DNA of 61,129 nucleotides, the filler included, from an uncultured bacterium (GTDB lineage: Bacteria; CAZSTA01), in NCBI GenBank assembly GCA_964609495.1. It is 2 parts of 2 records of this genome, joined end to end, with 100 filler letters (N's around TTAATTAATTAA, not from the genome) between each part and the next. Parts side by side here need not be neighbours in the genome. Positions count along the whole stretch, not along the records: positions 1 to 31,263 come from CAZSTA010000020.1; positions 31,364 to 61,129 come from CAZSTA010000021.1. One strand, written 5' to 3'. Below the pieces are notes generated by a model. That model was not told the origin of the DNA, did not search any database, and was given only the letters and a program-made list of their open reading frames with translations. Position numbers and translations under genes: made by a program. Numbering within the stretch: position 1 is the first letter of the stretch; the number at the start of each line of letters is the position of its first letter. Positions 28,018-38,789 of this stretch are shown piece by piece.

Positions 28018-28958
28018 CCTTTATAATATGAGAACATAACTTCGACTAGAGCAGAGGCACAACTAAAATCAGGCACTAATATATGAGCTCCGGCATCTAT
28101 TAGGCGCTCTCTTTTCTGTTCTACTGTAAAATGTCCTTCTCTCTCGTAATAGCTATGATCTGGTGTTAATACGCCAACACACACTCCGCCAGCTAGATAA
28201 GTATGAAGTATCTCTGGGGAGCCATCGCCGAAGCATCCTAATTGACCCTTCTGTAGGTTTTGTTTGTCGATAAGCTGATTGACAACTAATTCTTTAGCGC
28301 ATTGCCTCGGGTTAGTAGCTCTGGCGGCTTCAATTCTCTCCTCGGTGAAGAAATCATCAAAACCTAACAATTTCACACTCCCCACTACTGGCTCAATATC
28401 AGTTCCGCTCGCTAAATATAGAGAATCTTTGTTTCCCAACCTCTCTTGTAGAGCAGACAAAAGTTCTATAGAACCAGTAACTTGTAGATCGGAGCTTGAT
28501 AATTCTCCTGCCTCTAATTTCTTATGAACCTCTTTTACCATAGCAACTAATGAATTATTATACACCTCTTTATATATGGCAGGATCTTTAGATTTGCCTC
28601 CTCTTCTCTCGATTTCGCTTGCCAATCTCTCCATCTGAATATACGTTGGAATCCCGATAGTTGTTTCAATATCTTTAATGACCCACTCAATAGCTTCCTT
28701 AGGCGAGATGTCGTCAATAGCTTGAACTAGAGCAGAGGAGTTACACGCGACCATTAAGTTAGGCCAGCCATCTCTTTCTCTGGATAATGTGCCATCAAAA
28801 TCAAATAAGACCTTTATTATCCCTCTTCCGTCATAGGGTCTAACAAGCTCGATATTGGTGCCGGGTATATTAACTGGCTTATCCAATTTGGGGAGAAGGT
28901 CTTCCCTCGACCCCTCTATATCAAGGTTCGTTTTACCTGGTAAGCTATAGTCCGTCAT
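28014..28958 (-). CDS. HAD-superfamily hydrolase
   Basis: LFDFDGTLS, LASGTD, CFGDG. Confidence 0.82.
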   Translation of the reverse strand: MTDYSLPGKTNLDIEGSREDLLPKLDKPVNIPGTNIELVRPYDGRGIIKVLFDFDGTLSRERDGWPNLMVACNSSALVQAIDDISPKEAIEWVIKDIETTIGIPTYIQMERLASEIERRGGKSKDPAIYKEVYNNSLVAMVKEVHKKLEAGELSSSDLQVTGSIELLSALQERLGNKDSLYLASGTDIEPVVGSVKLLGFDDFFTEERIEAARATNPRQCAKELVVNQLIDKQNLQKGQLGCFGDGSPEILHTYLAGGVCVGVLTPDHSYYEREGHFTVEQKRERLIDAGAHILVPDFSCASALVEVMFSYYKG

Positions 28959-28959
28959 T

Positions 28960-30006
28960 TTATTCCCCCTCATATATCGTATCATATACTCTTAAGATCT
29001 CTTCTGGTTTTGCAGTTCCTGTTATTCTTAATTTTCGCACCGTGACCGCAGCGGCTAAATTTGCGATTATGGCGGATTCCTCATAGGTCGCTCCACTAAC
29101 AATAGCGGAGATAATAGCGCTTATGACAGTATCTCCTGCACCTACCGGATCTGTTTTTCCCTTTACTTCGACTGAGGGAACAAGAATTGGTTGCTGGTGT
29201 CCATCGTAAACAAGGATACCCTCATCACCACGAGTAACGAAAACAGTTCTTTGGGTTCGCTGGTAAATATCGGGCAGACATTCGACTACTTCTTCTTGAG
29301 GGATTTCATCTAAAGGCTCATAATTATGTTTTCTTACTAAGGTTAACGCTTCAAAGGAATTTAACTTCATAATCATCCCCTCTATGGCATATTCCCTGGT
29401 ATGATCTCTTGTATCCACAATGAAGGGTATGCTTGAATCGGAGATGAGTTCCGTTATCTTCCTTATATAATGAGATGAACTCAAACCATATTTAAGCTGA
29501 TCATTAACGATGACGGCCTCAAATATACCGCTAGTTACCTTTTCTCGAAACATATCTAATAATCTATCTGCGAGGTGATCAGGAACTTGTTCAACCCTTC
29601 CTCCATTAGCAACCATATCCATTCTTTGTAGTTCCTCTCCTGTTTCGGCATCTACAACTTTAATATAGGTTGGAGTTGTCCTCTCCGAGGTTGCTAAAAC
29701 TGTTTCGGTGTTAATTCCATACCCCTGAAATTTCCCGAGTAGAATCTTCCCAAATTCATCATCCCCTATCACCCCAGCCGCATATCCCTTCGCTCCAATA
29801 TCCGCAAGATTCCAGGCGGCATTGGAAGCACCACCTGGGCTATAAGCTCTACCTACATAATGTTGAATAGGTTTTCCTGTTTCAACTGATAATTCTTCTA
29901 TTGATAAATCCAATTTCCAGTAACCATCGAGACATAGATCTCCTATGATAGCAATTCTCTTTGTTGGGAAGCTTGACATTAATTCAACTAGTCTATCTCT
30001 CTTCAT
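28960..30006 (-). CDS. PfkB-family sugar kinase (HldE/RfaE kinase-domain-like)
   Basis: IGDLCLD, PGGASNAA.NL, TRGDEG, DPVGAGDT, ANLAAAV. Confidence 0.85.
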   Translation of the reverse strand: MKRDRLVELMSSFPTKRIAIIGDLCLDGYWKLDLSIEELSVETGKPIQHYVGRAYSPGGASNAAWNLADIGAKGYAAGVIGDDEFGKILLGKFQGYGINTETVLATSERTTPTYIKVVDAETGEELQRMDMVANGGRVEQVPDHLADRLLDMFREKVTSGIFEAVIVNDQLKYGLSSSHYIRKITELISDSSIPFIVDTRDHTREYAIEGMIMKLNSFEALTLVRKHNYEPLDEIPQEEVVECLPDIYQRTQRTVFVTRGDEGILVYDGHQQPILVPSVEVKGKTDPVGAGDTVISAIISAIVSGATYEESAIIANLAAAVTVRKLRITGTAKPEEILRVYDTIYEGE

Positions 30007-30977
30007 ATTATCTCCTCCGTAAATTCATCCCCAGGGATAAGGCAAAAATGAAATGGTTTATTTCGGTCGCATATCAATTTGTTGCGATCCAACTCCAATT
30101 TTGCTACCTGCAATGAAGACCGCCTGTACGCATAAGGATAGACATCTTTTACTTCCTCTTTTATATCTTTATTTCTATCCGGATGGGTGAAATAAAAAAT
30201 GTAGGCGTTATCTCCCTGCACCAGAACGTCTGCATGCCTTCCTGTGGCGCAATCATCTGGGCGGTTTCCCGGAATATCCAGAATATTTTCTCCTCTGCTC
30301 CAGCTCTCACAATCTTCAGAGCGGTATATACCTAAACCACGCCAGGGATCGGTCACCATCCAATATACACCGTGCCAATAAAAAACATTGGGACCTTCAT
30401 GAGCACAATCGGTAATTACCGAACCGACGGGATGCCAATTGAAAAGATCATCACTGTCCGCCGCATAAGTGCGTGAATTATTGACCTCATCTTTATACCA
30501 CATCCGCCAAAGACCATTTGGTAATTTGTGAATACAGGCGTCAATAACACGATTTGATGTTAGAGGCAGTATGGATTGGAAATGCCAGTCCCAGAGATTA
30601 TCGCTCGTCATATGAACAATGTGTCGTTCACCCGACCAATCGTGGGGGACACCGCGAACATAACTGACGAACATATGGTATGTTCCTTCATACCATATAA
30701 TCTCAGGAGCCCAAAAGGTATTCCGACCCCTTTCAAATTCAAGACCTTGCAAGATCCCTCGATAAACCCAGTTTTGCCCGCCATCGGAAGATGAGGCAAT
30801 CCCGATATCTGTCCCGTGAACCCACGCTACCCCGCGACAGTCAACATTAGCCCTTCGATTTGTATATACTATCCACCAGGTTTTCTCCTCTCGATTCCAG
30901 ATAATCGTCGGATCTGCGGCGCCATCGTAAATTGGATCACGAAAAAGCGGTGCCTTAGGGGGAGTAATTTCACTCAT
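30003..30977 (-). CDS. five-bladed beta-propeller glycoside hydrolase (GH43-like)
   Basis: DGAADP, FWAPEI, RVIDA, HEGP, GRHADV. Confidence 0.75.
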   Translation of the reverse strand: MSEITPPKAPLFRDPIYDGAADPTIIWNREEKTWWIVYTNRRANVDCRGVAWVHGTDIGIASSSDGGQNWVYRGILQGLEFERGRNTFWAPEIIWYEGTYHMFVSYVRGVPHDWSGERHIVHMTSDNLWDWHFQSILPLTSNRVIDACIHKLPNGLWRMWYKDEVNNSRTYAADSDDLFNWHPVGSVITDCAHEGPNVFYWHGVYWMVTDPWRGLGIYRSEDCESWSRGENILDIPGNRPDDCATGRHADVLVQGDNAYIFYFTHPDRNKDIKEEVKDVYPYAYRRSSLQVAKLELDRNKLICDRNKPFHFCLIPGDEFTEEII

Positions 30978-31049
30978 AGCTAAACCTCCTATTTAAGTAG
31001 TTTCAAATAAATAGGTTCCTATTCTTAACTTTTAGATTATCAATCATAT

Positions 31050-31262
31050 TCAATGGTCCGTTCGATACGCGCCGAGGGATTTCGCGAGCGCGTCCACCTC
31101 TTTAGGATGTGCGAACAACGCACATGGGGTATCTTCGGTCTCGAGAAGGTGCTCACTCTCACAGATCTCTTTAAACAGTTGGCTAGCAAGCCCTTCACGT
31201 AACGTTGTGGTCGTAAGGTTATGCGTCGCTATATTCGAGACCGGACAAGGCGTCAGGTCACC
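31050..31262 (-). CDS. C-terminal fragment of a radical SAM/SPASM-type protein cut by the contig end
   Basis: own translation: GDLTPCPVSNIATHNL...LREGLASQLFKEI...PCALFAHPKEV...AYRTDH*. Confidence 0.55.
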   Translation of the reverse strand, partial: GDLTPCPVSNIATHNLTTTTLREGLASQLFKEICESEHLLETEDTPCALFAHPKEVDALAKSLGAYRTDH

Positions 31263-31263
31263 T

Positions 31264-31363
31264 NNNNNNNNNNNNNNNNNNNNNNNNNNNNNNNNNNNNN
31301 NNNNNNNTTAATTAATTAANNNNNNNNNNNNNNNNNNNNNNNNNNNNNNNNNNNNNNNNNNNN
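31264..31363. other. artificial contig-joining linker
   Basis: N runs flanking TTAATTAATTAA (31308-31319), which has stops in all six frames. Confidence 0.95.
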
Positions 31364-31365
31364 GG

Positions 31366-31494
31366 GAGGCTGTAGTCAACGTTAAAATTATGACTCAGAA
31401 GACCATCATTGATGGGCTTATCTATTACTTTACGGCTGGGCTCATCTGTCCAAAAACTATATTCATTGAGGGGGATGTAGTAAGCTGGAGGTAG
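31366..31494 (+). CDS. C-terminal fragment of a small protein (possibly Bor/TRL-like)
   Basis: own translation: EAVVNVKIMTQKTIIDGLIYYFTAGLICPKTIFIEGDVVSWR*. Confidence 0.4.
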   Translation, partial: EAVVNVKIMTQKTIIDGLIYYFTAGLICPKTIFIEGDVVSWR

Positions 31495-31548
31495 AGTAAA
31501 TTCGTATTATTCTGAGAGTCCAAAGATAAAATAGATATGTAAAACAAA

Positions 31549-31578
31549 GAAGCCCAAGCTATTAATAGCTTGGGCTTC
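31549..31578 (-). terminator. terminator after ftsH, probably bidirectional
   Basis: GAAGCCCAAGCTATT/AATAGCTTGGGCTTC inverted repeat, T-rich tail on minus strand. Confidence 0.75.
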
Positions 31579-31590
31579 GATCTATATAGG

Positions 31591-33405
31591 TTATTCAGCT
31601 AAGACTTCATCTCGAAGGAGTTCCTTTAATTCCTCTCCCTCTATAGTCTCTTTCTCCATCAGAGCCTCGGATAGTTTGATCAACTTATCCTTGTTTTTGC
31701 CGAGCAGTTCTTTGACGAAGTCATATCGTTCATATACTATGCGTTGCACTTCCTGATCTATAACCCTAGCGGTATCCTCGCTGTAATCTTTCCCCAGATT
31801 ATACCTTCCTCCCATAAAGTTTCTACTCTGATCTTCACCAAACGTCAGGGGACCTAATTTCTCGCTCATACCATATTCGCATACCATACTCTGGGCTATA
31901 TTGGTGGCTTTCTGAAGATCATCCTGAGCACCAGTTGAGATCTCGGAGAAGATTATCTCCTCCGCTGCCCTTCCCCCTAAAAGAACCGCCATTTTGGTCT
32001 CTAGTTCCTTCTGGGTCAGTAAATATCTATCTTCCAGAGGACGTTGCATAGTATATCCTAAAGCGGCGAAACCTCTCGGAATTATGGACACTTTGTGCAC
32101 TGGATCGGCATTAGGTAATAACTCCGCTACTAAAGCGTGACCAGACTCGTGATAGGCTACTATCTCCTTCTCCTGAGCGTTCATTAACTTACTCTTCTTC
32201 TCCAAGCCAGCGACGACCCGTTCTATCGCTTCCTCGATATCGCTCATATGAACGTTCTTCTTATTCTTATCTCGAGCGGCTAATAGAGCGGCCTCGTTAA
32301 TCATATTCGCCAGATCTGCTCCAGAAAAGCCCGGCGTCCCTCTAGCCACGACCTCCAGATCGACATCATCGGCTAAAGGGATATCTCTAGTATGCACTTT
32401 GAGGATCTCAACTCTGCCCCTTAGATCTGGCTTATCAACTAAGATCTGACGATCGAAACGTCCCGGCCTTAACAGAGCTGGATCGAGAACATCAGGACGG
32501 TTGGTAGCCGCCATTATGATGACCCCCTTCTTAGATTCAAAACCATCCATCTCTGAGAGAAGTTGGTTTAGTGTCTGTTCTCGTTCCTCGTTGCTAATGG
32601 GACTACTTCCCCGTTGCCTACCAACCGCGTCTATCTCATCAATGAATACTATACAAGGGGCTTTCTCCTTCGCCTGTTCAAAGAGATCTCTTACCCTAGA
32701 GGCTCCTACTCCCACGAACATCTCGACGAAGCTCGATCCAGTCATATTGAAGAAGGGAACTCCAGCCTCACCAGCTACAGCTCTGGCAAGCAAGGTCTTT
32801 CCAGTTCCCGGAGGCCCAAAGAGGAGAACTCCTTTAGGTATCTTACCACCTAGACGAGAGAATCTAGTAGGATTCTCGAGAAATTCTATAACTTCCCCCA
32901 GTTCCTGCTCCGCCTCATCGACTCCCGCTACATCATCGAAGGTCACCTTAGTTTGATCTTCAGCTACCAGTTTGGCTCTGCTCTTTCCGAAAGCCATAAC
33001 GTTAGTTCCTCCGCTTATCCGCCTGAAGAGGAAGAACCATATAACACCTATCACAAGAAGCGGGATTATCCAAGCAAGGATTACCCTTCCGAATCCTGCG
33101 CCCTCTACATAACCAGTATATTCGACGCTGTGCATCTCTAACTCGCTCACTAGATCGGGATCTTCAACTCTAGTGGTGGTAAAGTTTATTATCCTTTGCT
33201 CATTCTCCTTAATGGTTCCTTTTATCGTGGTTTGAGATACAGTAGCGGAGACAACTTTACCTTGTTGTAGATATTTCTTAAATTCGCTATAAGGTATTTG
33301 AGTGGGGCTACCTATGATGCTGGTCATTATCCACATCTGAAGCACATATATGATGAAGATAGCCGCCACTATATACCATACAGAGAACCTCATCTTCTTA
33401 CCCAT
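31591..33405 (-). CDS. ftsH: ATP-dependent zinc metalloprotease FtsH
   Basis: two TMs, [26 protein letters not shown]. Confidence 0.96.
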   Translation of the reverse strand: MGKKMRFSVWYIVAAIFIIYVLQMWIMTSIIGSPTQIPYSEFKKYLQQGKVVSATVSQTTIKGTIKENEQRIINFTTTRVEDPDLVSELEMHSVEYTGYVEGAGFGRVILAWIIPLLVIGVIWFFLFRRISGGTNVMAFGKSRAKLVAEDQTKVTFDDVAGVDEAEQELGEVIEFLENPTRFSRLGGKIPKGVLLFGPPGTGKTLLARAVAGEAGVPFFNMTGSSFVEMFVGVGASRVRDLFEQAKEKAPCIVFIDEIDAVGRQRGSSPISNEEREQTLNQLLSEMDGFESKKGVIIMAATNRPDVLDPALLRPGRFDRQILVDKPDLRGRVEILKVHTRDIPLADDVDLEVVARGTPGFSGADLANMINEAALLAARDKNKKNVHMSDIEEAIERVVAGLEKKSKLMNAQEKEIVAYHESGHALVAELLPNADPVHKVSIIPRGFAALGYTMQRPLEDRYLLTQKELETKMAVLLGGRAAEEIIFSEISTGAQDDLQKATNIAQSMVCEYGMSEKLGPLTFGEDQSRNFMGGRYNLGKDYSEDTARVIDQEVQRIVYERYDFVKELLGKNKDKLIKLSEALMEKETIEGEELKELLRDEVLAE

Positions 33406-33441
33406 AGTTTCCTCCCCGGGTCAGATAAGTGTGGAAGAGGA

Positions 33442-35370
33442 TTACTCCTGATCGTCATCCATTACCTCATAGTCGGCATCCACTACATCCTCCTCGCCTT
33501 GCCCTCCTTGCGTTTGAGTGTCTCCTTCGGGAGGGGGCTGTTGCTGATATGCAGAACCGCCAGCTTGCTGTCCAGCAGCTTGGTAGAGGCTAGAAGATAC
33601 CTGATGCCACTGTTGAGTTAGAGCCTCAGTAGCTGCTCTGATCTCACCTACATCACTACCCTTCAGAGCCTCTTTGACTCTGTTGATAGCCAGGTCTATC
33701 TGTTGTCTTTGAGTGCTATCAACCTTATCACCCAGCTCTCTAAGTTGCTTCTCAGTGTTATAGACTAGACTATCGGCCGCATTTCTGAGCTCAGCCTCTT
33801 CTCTCCTCCTCTTATCTTCCTCAGCGTGAGCTCCAGCTTCCTTGATCATCTTATCGATCTCTTCCTGGCCCAAACCGCTGGAGGCAGTGATCGTTATCCT
33901 CTGTTCTCTTTCGGTGGCTAAGTCCTTTGCCGAGACGTTGACTATACCGTTAGCGTCAATATCGAAGGTAACCTCTATCTGAGGCACTCCTCTTGGAGCA
34001 GGAGGGATCCCATCCAAGTGGAAACGACCGATCGTCTTATTATACATCGCCATATCGCGTTCCCCTTGGAGAACATGAACTTCGACACTGGTCTGATTAT
34101 CCTCAGCGGTGGTGAATGTCTCGCTCTTTTTCGTCGGGATCGTGGTATTACGTTCGATCAATCTGGTTAAGATACCGCCTTTCGTTTCGATACCTAAGGA
34201 CAAGGGGGTTACATCCAGCAGGAGGATATCCTCGACCTCTCCAACTAGGACTCCACCTTGAATCGCCGCTCCAACCGCGACGACCTCATCAGGATTTACT
34301 CCCTTATGGGGCTCTTTGCCGAAGAGCTTCTTGACGAGATCCTGAATGGCAGGCATTCTAGTTTGACCACCGACTAGCACGACTTCATCGACATCACGAG
34401 CCTCTATTCCAGCATCAGCCAAAGCCTTCTTGCAGGGTTCGACAGTGCGATCGATGAGATCGGATACTAGCTGTTCTAACTTTGAGCGAGTAAGTGTCAT
34501 AGTGAGGTGCTTAGGACCACTCTGATCAGCGGTGATGAAGGGCAAGTTTATCTCGGTCTGTTGAGCAGTTGAAAGCTCAGATTTAGCCTTCTCTGCGGCT
34601 TCCTTCAGCCTCTGAAGAGCCATCCTATCCTGTCTTAGATCGATCCCCTGTTCCTTCTTGAACTCATCAGCTATCCAGTCGATTACACGCTGGTCGAAGT
34701 CATCGCCTCCTAAATGGGTATCACCATTGGTGGACTTAACCTCGAATACGCCTTCTCCTATCTCAAGGATGGAGATATCAAATGTTCCCCCGCCCAGGTC
34801 ATAGACCGCTATCGTCTCATCCTTCTTCTTATCGAGTCCGTAGGCTAACGAAGCGGCTGTAGGCTCATTTATGATCCTTAATACCTCCAATCCAGCGATC
34901 TTACCTGCGTCCTTAGTCGCCTGCCTCTGACTATCGTTGAAGTAAGCAGGAACGGTGACCACGGCCTTAGTAATTCGATCGCCTAGATAGTCATCAGCCG
35001 TTTGCTTCATCTTTTGTAAGATCATAGCTGATATCTCAGGCGGGGAATATTGCTTACCTTGAATCTCCACGCGGGCATCGTTGTTCGGACCAGCTACAAC
35101 CTTAAATGGAACTAACTCGATCTCATGCTGAACCTCGCTGTATTTACGGCCCATAAATCTTTTGATCGAAAAGACTGTGTTCTCGGAGTTAGTTATAGCC
35201 TGTCTCTTAGCGACAGTCCCTACTAATCTCTCTCCAGATTTAGTGAAGGCAACTACTGAAGGAGTAGTCCTTCCCCCTTCGGAATTAGGTATAACGGTGG
35301 GTTCTCCTCCTTCCATAACCGCAACGCAGGAGTTGGTAGTTCCTAAATCGATTCCTATCACCTTAGCCAT
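33442..35370 (-). CDS. dnaK: chaperone DnaK
   Basis: [36 protein letters not shown]. Confidence 0.98.
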   Translation of the reverse strand: MAKVIGIDLGTTNSCVAVMEGGEPTVIPNSEGGRTTPSVVAFTKSGERLVGTVAKRQAITNSENTVFSIKRFMGRKYSEVQHEIELVPFKVVAGPNNDARVEIQGKQYSPPEISAMILQKMKQTADDYLGDRITKAVVTVPAYFNDSQRQATKDAGKIAGLEVLRIINEPTAASLAYGLDKKKDETIAVYDLGGGTFDISILEIGEGVFEVKSTNGDTHLGGDDFDQRVIDWIADEFKKEQGIDLRQDRMALQRLKEAAEKAKSELSTAQQTEINLPFITADQSGPKHLTMTLTRSKLEQLVSDLIDRTVEPCKKALADAGIEARDVDEVVLVGGQTRMPAIQDLVKKLFGKEPHKGVNPDEVVAVGAAIQGGVLVGEVEDILLLDVTPLSLGIETKGGILTRLIERNTTIPTKKSETFTTAEDNQTSVEVHVLQGERDMAMYNKTIGRFHLDGIPPAPRGVPQIEVTFDIDANGIVNVSAKDLATEREQRITITASSGLGQEEIDKMIKEAGAHAEEDKRRREEAELRNAADSLVYNTEKQLRELGDKVDSTQRQQIDLAINRVKEALKGSDVGEIRAATEALTQQWHQVSSSLYQAAGQQAGGSAYQQQPPPEGDTQTQGGQGEEDVVDADYEVMDDDQE

Positions 35371-36002
35371 TATTGATTCCTCCTATTTTCATAATCCTCG
35401 GATGAGGAAGCATTTACTTCCTCTTCTGGTTTCTTGGAAACTATAACTTTAGGATATCTAAGTATTTTATTATCCAAGATGTATCCGGGTTGCATCTCCA
35501 CGATTATCGTATTATCTGGATGCTCCGCAGATATCATCTGAGATACAGCTTCATGCTTTATCGGATCGAATTCCTCTCCCAAGCACTCCATTCTAGATAG
35601 ACCTTCTTTTGCCAGAACATCCTTTAACATCTTGAAGAGTAGCTTCTCCCCTTCAATGACCGTCTTGATGTCCTTGCTGTTCTCTCCAGTTTCCAAAGCT
35701 CTTTCAAAATTATCCAGAACGGGAAGAAGATCCATCAAGATTTCTCCTTTAGTTATTCGGGTGAACTCCGCTCTATCTCTGTCTATTCGCTTTCTATAAT
35801 TCTCGAATTCAGCTTTTAAGCGCTGAAGATGATCGAGATATTCCTCTGCCAATTTCTCCTTCTCCTCCAATTTCTTTCTCAGGCTCTCTATATCCTCTTT
35901 TTTGGTCTCTTCTAGCTCCTCGATCTCCTTTGGTTCTTCTTCTATCTTCACTTCCTCGGGAGAGGCTTCCTCCGCATCTTCTATAAATTCTCGTTCTCCC
36001 AT
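35370..36002 (-). CDS. grpE: nucleotide exchange factor GrpE
   Basis: [39 protein letters not shown] at 36002 after GGAGG. Confidence 0.95.
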   Translation of the reverse strand: MGEREFIEDAEEASPEEVKIEEEPKEIEELEETKKEDIESLRKKLEEKEKLAEEYLDHLQRLKAEFENYRKRIDRDRAEFTRITKGEILMDLLPVLDNFERALETGENSKDIKTVIEGEKLLFKMLKDVLAKEGLSRMECLGEEFDPIKHEAVSQMISAEHPDNTIIVEMQPGYILDNKILRYPKVIVSKKPEEEVNASSSEDYENRRNQ

Positions 36003-36137
36003 AGTATCAATAAACCCTCCTATATCTAAAGTGAACTCGTGTCCCAAATTACCTCGAAAACCCCTCACCAAGCTGAGGGAGCGGAGATATCTCGCCCCTC
36101 AGCCGGTGCCTGGTTTTCAATTTACTAATTTCGAAAT

Positions 36138-36599
36138 TTATTCGGCTTTGATCTCGATCTTCTTGGGCTTGACTTCTTCAGACTTAGGAAGTGTTATCTT
36201 CAGAACTCCATCCTTATAGGTAGCCTTGACTTTATTGGGATCGACGTCGGTGGAGAGTCTGACTGATCTCTGGAAAGAGCCATAGCAGCGCTCAAGGCGA
36301 TAATAATTCTCCTTCTTAACTTCCTCTTCCTGCTTCCTCTCCCCTTTGATAGTCAAGGTATCACCTACCATGGAGATATTTACATCTTCGGGCTTAATTC
36401 CGGGAAGTTCAGCCTTTACCACAACATCGCTCTCAGTCTCATACACATCCAAAGCCGGGGACCAAATGCCTTCCATCAAGCCAGTTTCTTCTCCAACCTT
36501 ACCAGCCAAACCAGTGTTGAACAACCTATTCATCTCCCTCTGAATGTCAAGTAGAGTTCTGAATGGATCCCAGCCACGATGCCATCTTTCAATGGACAT
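36138..36599 (-). CDS. Hsp20/alpha-crystallin small heat-shock protein
   Basis: WSPALDVYE, AELPG, ER.YGSFQR, A.YKDGVL.ITLPK. Confidence 0.95.
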   Translation of the reverse strand: MSIERWHRGWDPFRTLLDIQREMNRLFNTGLAGKVGEETGLMEGIWSPALDVYETESDVVVKAELPGIKPEDVNISMVGDTLTIKGERKQEEEVKKENYYRLERCYGSFQRSVRLSTDVDPNKVKATYKDGVLKITLPKSEEVKPKKIEIKAE

Positions 36600-36666
36600 A
36601 ATTCATTCCTCCTTTCAACTGATATTTCAAGGAAGCTATCAGAGTAAAGTCCTCCGATAGCTCCGA

Positions 36667-37116
36667 TTACTCCTCAACCGCTATCTCGATCTTCTTAGGC
36701 TTGACCTCTTCAGCCTTCGGGATCGTGACCTCTAAAACGCCGTCATTAAAGGCGGCTTTCACCTCATCGGCTTTCACCTCGGTGTTCAGCCTGAGAGTTC
36801 TCTCGAAGGGGCCGAAGGGCCTCTCTTGACGCAGATAGGTTTCTCCCTCACCTAAAGGAGCTACTTTTCTCTCCCCTTTCACAGTCAGGACATTATCGAA
36901 TATGGAGATATCTACCTCGTCCTTCTCAAAGCCAGGAAGCTCGATGTGAATTGCGAAATTATCGTTGGTCTCCACTATATCTAGGGGAGGTCTCCACAAC
37001 CTCCTAGCAAATTCTCTCTCTCCTTCTCTCTCAGCGAAGAAATCTCTAAACAACCTGTTCATCTCATGTTGAATATCAATCATCTCTCTGAAAGGATTCC
37101 ATCTGATAATTGCCAT
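36667..37116 (-). CDS. Hsp20/alpha-crystallin small heat-shock protein
   Basis: RWNPFRE, ELPG, ER.FG.FER, F.DGVLEVTIPK. Confidence 0.95.
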   Translation of the reverse strand: MAIIRWNPFREMIDIQHEMNRLFRDFFAEREGEREFARRLWRPPLDIVETNDNFAIHIELPGFEKDEVDISIFDNVLTVKGERKVAPLGEGETYLRQERPFGPFERTLRLNTEVKADEVKAAFNDGVLEVTIPKAEEVKPKKIEIAVEE

Positions 37117-37132
37117 TGGATATCCCTCCTTT

Positions 37133-37486
37133 TTAGATTTGACTCTTAACCAATTTGACTATTTGTTCAAGATCGAAGGGCTTTTGTAGATAAGCGTTAG
37201 CCCCAAGATCTTCGAATTTTCTTCTGTTCTCTGAGGAAATATAAGCGGTTATTACTATGACCTTCATACTTTCCGCTTTGTGTTCTCTTATCTCTTTTAG
37301 AAACTCAACTCCGCTCATATCTGGCAATTTGTTATCTGTTATGACAAGTTCGAAGCGATCGTTTTCTATCCTATCCAAAGCCTTTTCTCCTGTTTCAACA
37401 GACTCCGCTATAAAACCATTTTTCTTCAGTTCTCGACAGAGCGTTTTTCTCAATAACCGTTCATCATCTACTACTAGTATCTTCAC
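37133..37486 (-). CDS. single-domain response regulator receiver
   Basis: ILVVDDE, ITD..LPDMSG, ITAY, KPF. Confidence 0.9.
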   Translation of the reverse strand: MKILVVDDERLLRKTLCRELKKNGFIAESVETGEKALDRIENDRFELVITDNKLPDMSGVEFLKEIREHKAESMKVIVITAYISSENRRKFEDLGANAYLQKPFDLEQIVKLVKSQI

Positions 37487-37574
37487 AGCTCTAATCCCCT
37501 TATTGTTCCCAGGGAGTCGGTGATAAGCAGATTATATCGCTTCGCTCAATTTTTTGCTTTCGTCTTTATAATAC

Positions 37575-37590
37575 GCAAGTATCGTGCCAA
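37575..37590 (-). promoter_or_regulatory. sigma54 promoter of the chaperone operon
   Basis: minus strand TTGGCACG-ATAC-TTGC. Confidence 0.85.
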
Positions 37591-37753
37591 TACTATCAGC
37601 GGATTTCAGGAGTCGATTAAATAGATACGTATATTCAAGGCTTCTAGGTTATATAACATCTTAACCGAAGTCAACAAATATCAGGGGCTATTTCCAAGAA
37701 TCCGTCTAACCCACTTCAAAAATCAGTTGACAATGGTTGATACTGTTCTAATG

Positions 37754-37793
37754 AGATGTAAAGAAACTTGACATGTCAAGTTTCTTTACATCT
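37754..37793. repeat. perfect 40-bp palindrome
   Basis: AGATGTAAAGAAACTTGACA|TGTCAAGTTTCTTTACATCT. Confidence 0.9.
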
Positions 37794-37796
37794 TTA

Positions 37797-37825
37797 TTGA
37801 ATAACGATCGATATTATGATATAAT
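37797..37825 (+). promoter_or_regulatory. sigma70 promoter
   Basis: TTGAAT-17nt-TATAAT with TG. Confidence 0.6.
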
Positions 37826-37858
37826 GAACATAATATTAAAATAGATAGGAGGGATTTA

Positions 37859-38722
37859 ATGGTGTGGCAGGTATGTTTGGGATTAAATGGCTTCATATCT
37901 AGTAGGTTGTATGGCTATAATATCTCGGTAGATCAGATCCTAGATCACGCGGTCCGAATAGGATGTGATGGAGTAGAACTTCACTCGGCTTTGGATCCTT
38001 ATCCTGAGGATATGAGCGATATATCTCAAGTGGATAGGTTTAGGGAGAAATATAGGAGGCGAGGTCTTAAAATCGCTGGGATTCAAACTTTTGTTCCAGC
38101 CGCTAGTGGAGCAGCAGAGGAGGTAGCTATTAGAGAGGCATACGCGGATGGAGTATCCAAGCAAATCGATTTCTGTAAAACTATAGGGGCAAGAGTAGCA
38201 GGGGTTTGGCCAGGGGGAAGGATACCAGAGATATCCGATGATGAGATCATCTCCCGCTTAGTTGATACCTTCAAACGATGCGTAAAGAAGGCTGAGGATA
38301 ATGATATATTGATCTGTATGGAACCTGAACCAGTTCAAGTTGATTATAGCTATGAGATAGCTAAAGCTGTCGTAGAGGAAATTGATTCGAGCCACTTCAA
38401 GATAATATTTGACTTCTCTCATGCAAATGTAATTACAAAGGATCCCCTAGGAGCGATAAAAGAATTCGAGGGGAAGATAGGGCATGTTCATCTGACAGAT
38501 AACGATGGTAAAACATGCGAACTTCCCGGAAGTTCACATTCTTCCAATCACCTTGAGATAGGGAAGGGGAATTTGGATATAAAGAGGATATTGGAGGCTT
38601 TGAGAGATAGTGGATATGACGAATGGATTCAAGTTGATGTATGGGAGAATCCCGATCCGCTCAAATGTTCAGAGAGAAATAAGCGCCTATTAGATGAGAT
38701 TTTAGAAGAGATGAAACGCTAG
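37859..38722 (+). CDS. sugar phosphate isomerase/epimerase (xylose isomerase-like TIM barrel)
   Basis: DGVEL, MEPEP, FDFSH, HVHLTD, GKGNLD. Confidence 0.85.
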   Translation: MVWQVCLGLNGFISSRLYGYNISVDQILDHAVRIGCDGVELHSALDPYPEDMSDISQVDRFREKYRRRGLKIAGIQTFVPAASGAAEEVAIREAYADGVSKQIDFCKTIGARVAGVWPGGRIPEISDDEIISRLVDTFKRCVKKAEDNDILICMEPEPVQVDYSYEIAKAVVEEIDSSHFKIIFDFSHANVITKDPLGAIKEFEGKIGHVHLTDNDGKTCELPGSSHSSNHLEIGKGNLDIKRILEALRDSGYDEWIQVDVWENPDPLKCSERNKRLLDEILEEMKR

Positions 38723-38789
38723 AGGAATTTTATTAGAAATTCTCCTTAAAAATCTATCAGCCCGAACTTTTACACGCTTACTTTTCCCC

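Noticed and set aside
31264-31363. TTAATTAATTAA motif between N runs, and any linkage across it
   Set aside because: Artificial six-frame-stop contig linker; adjacency of the two halves is not biological evidence
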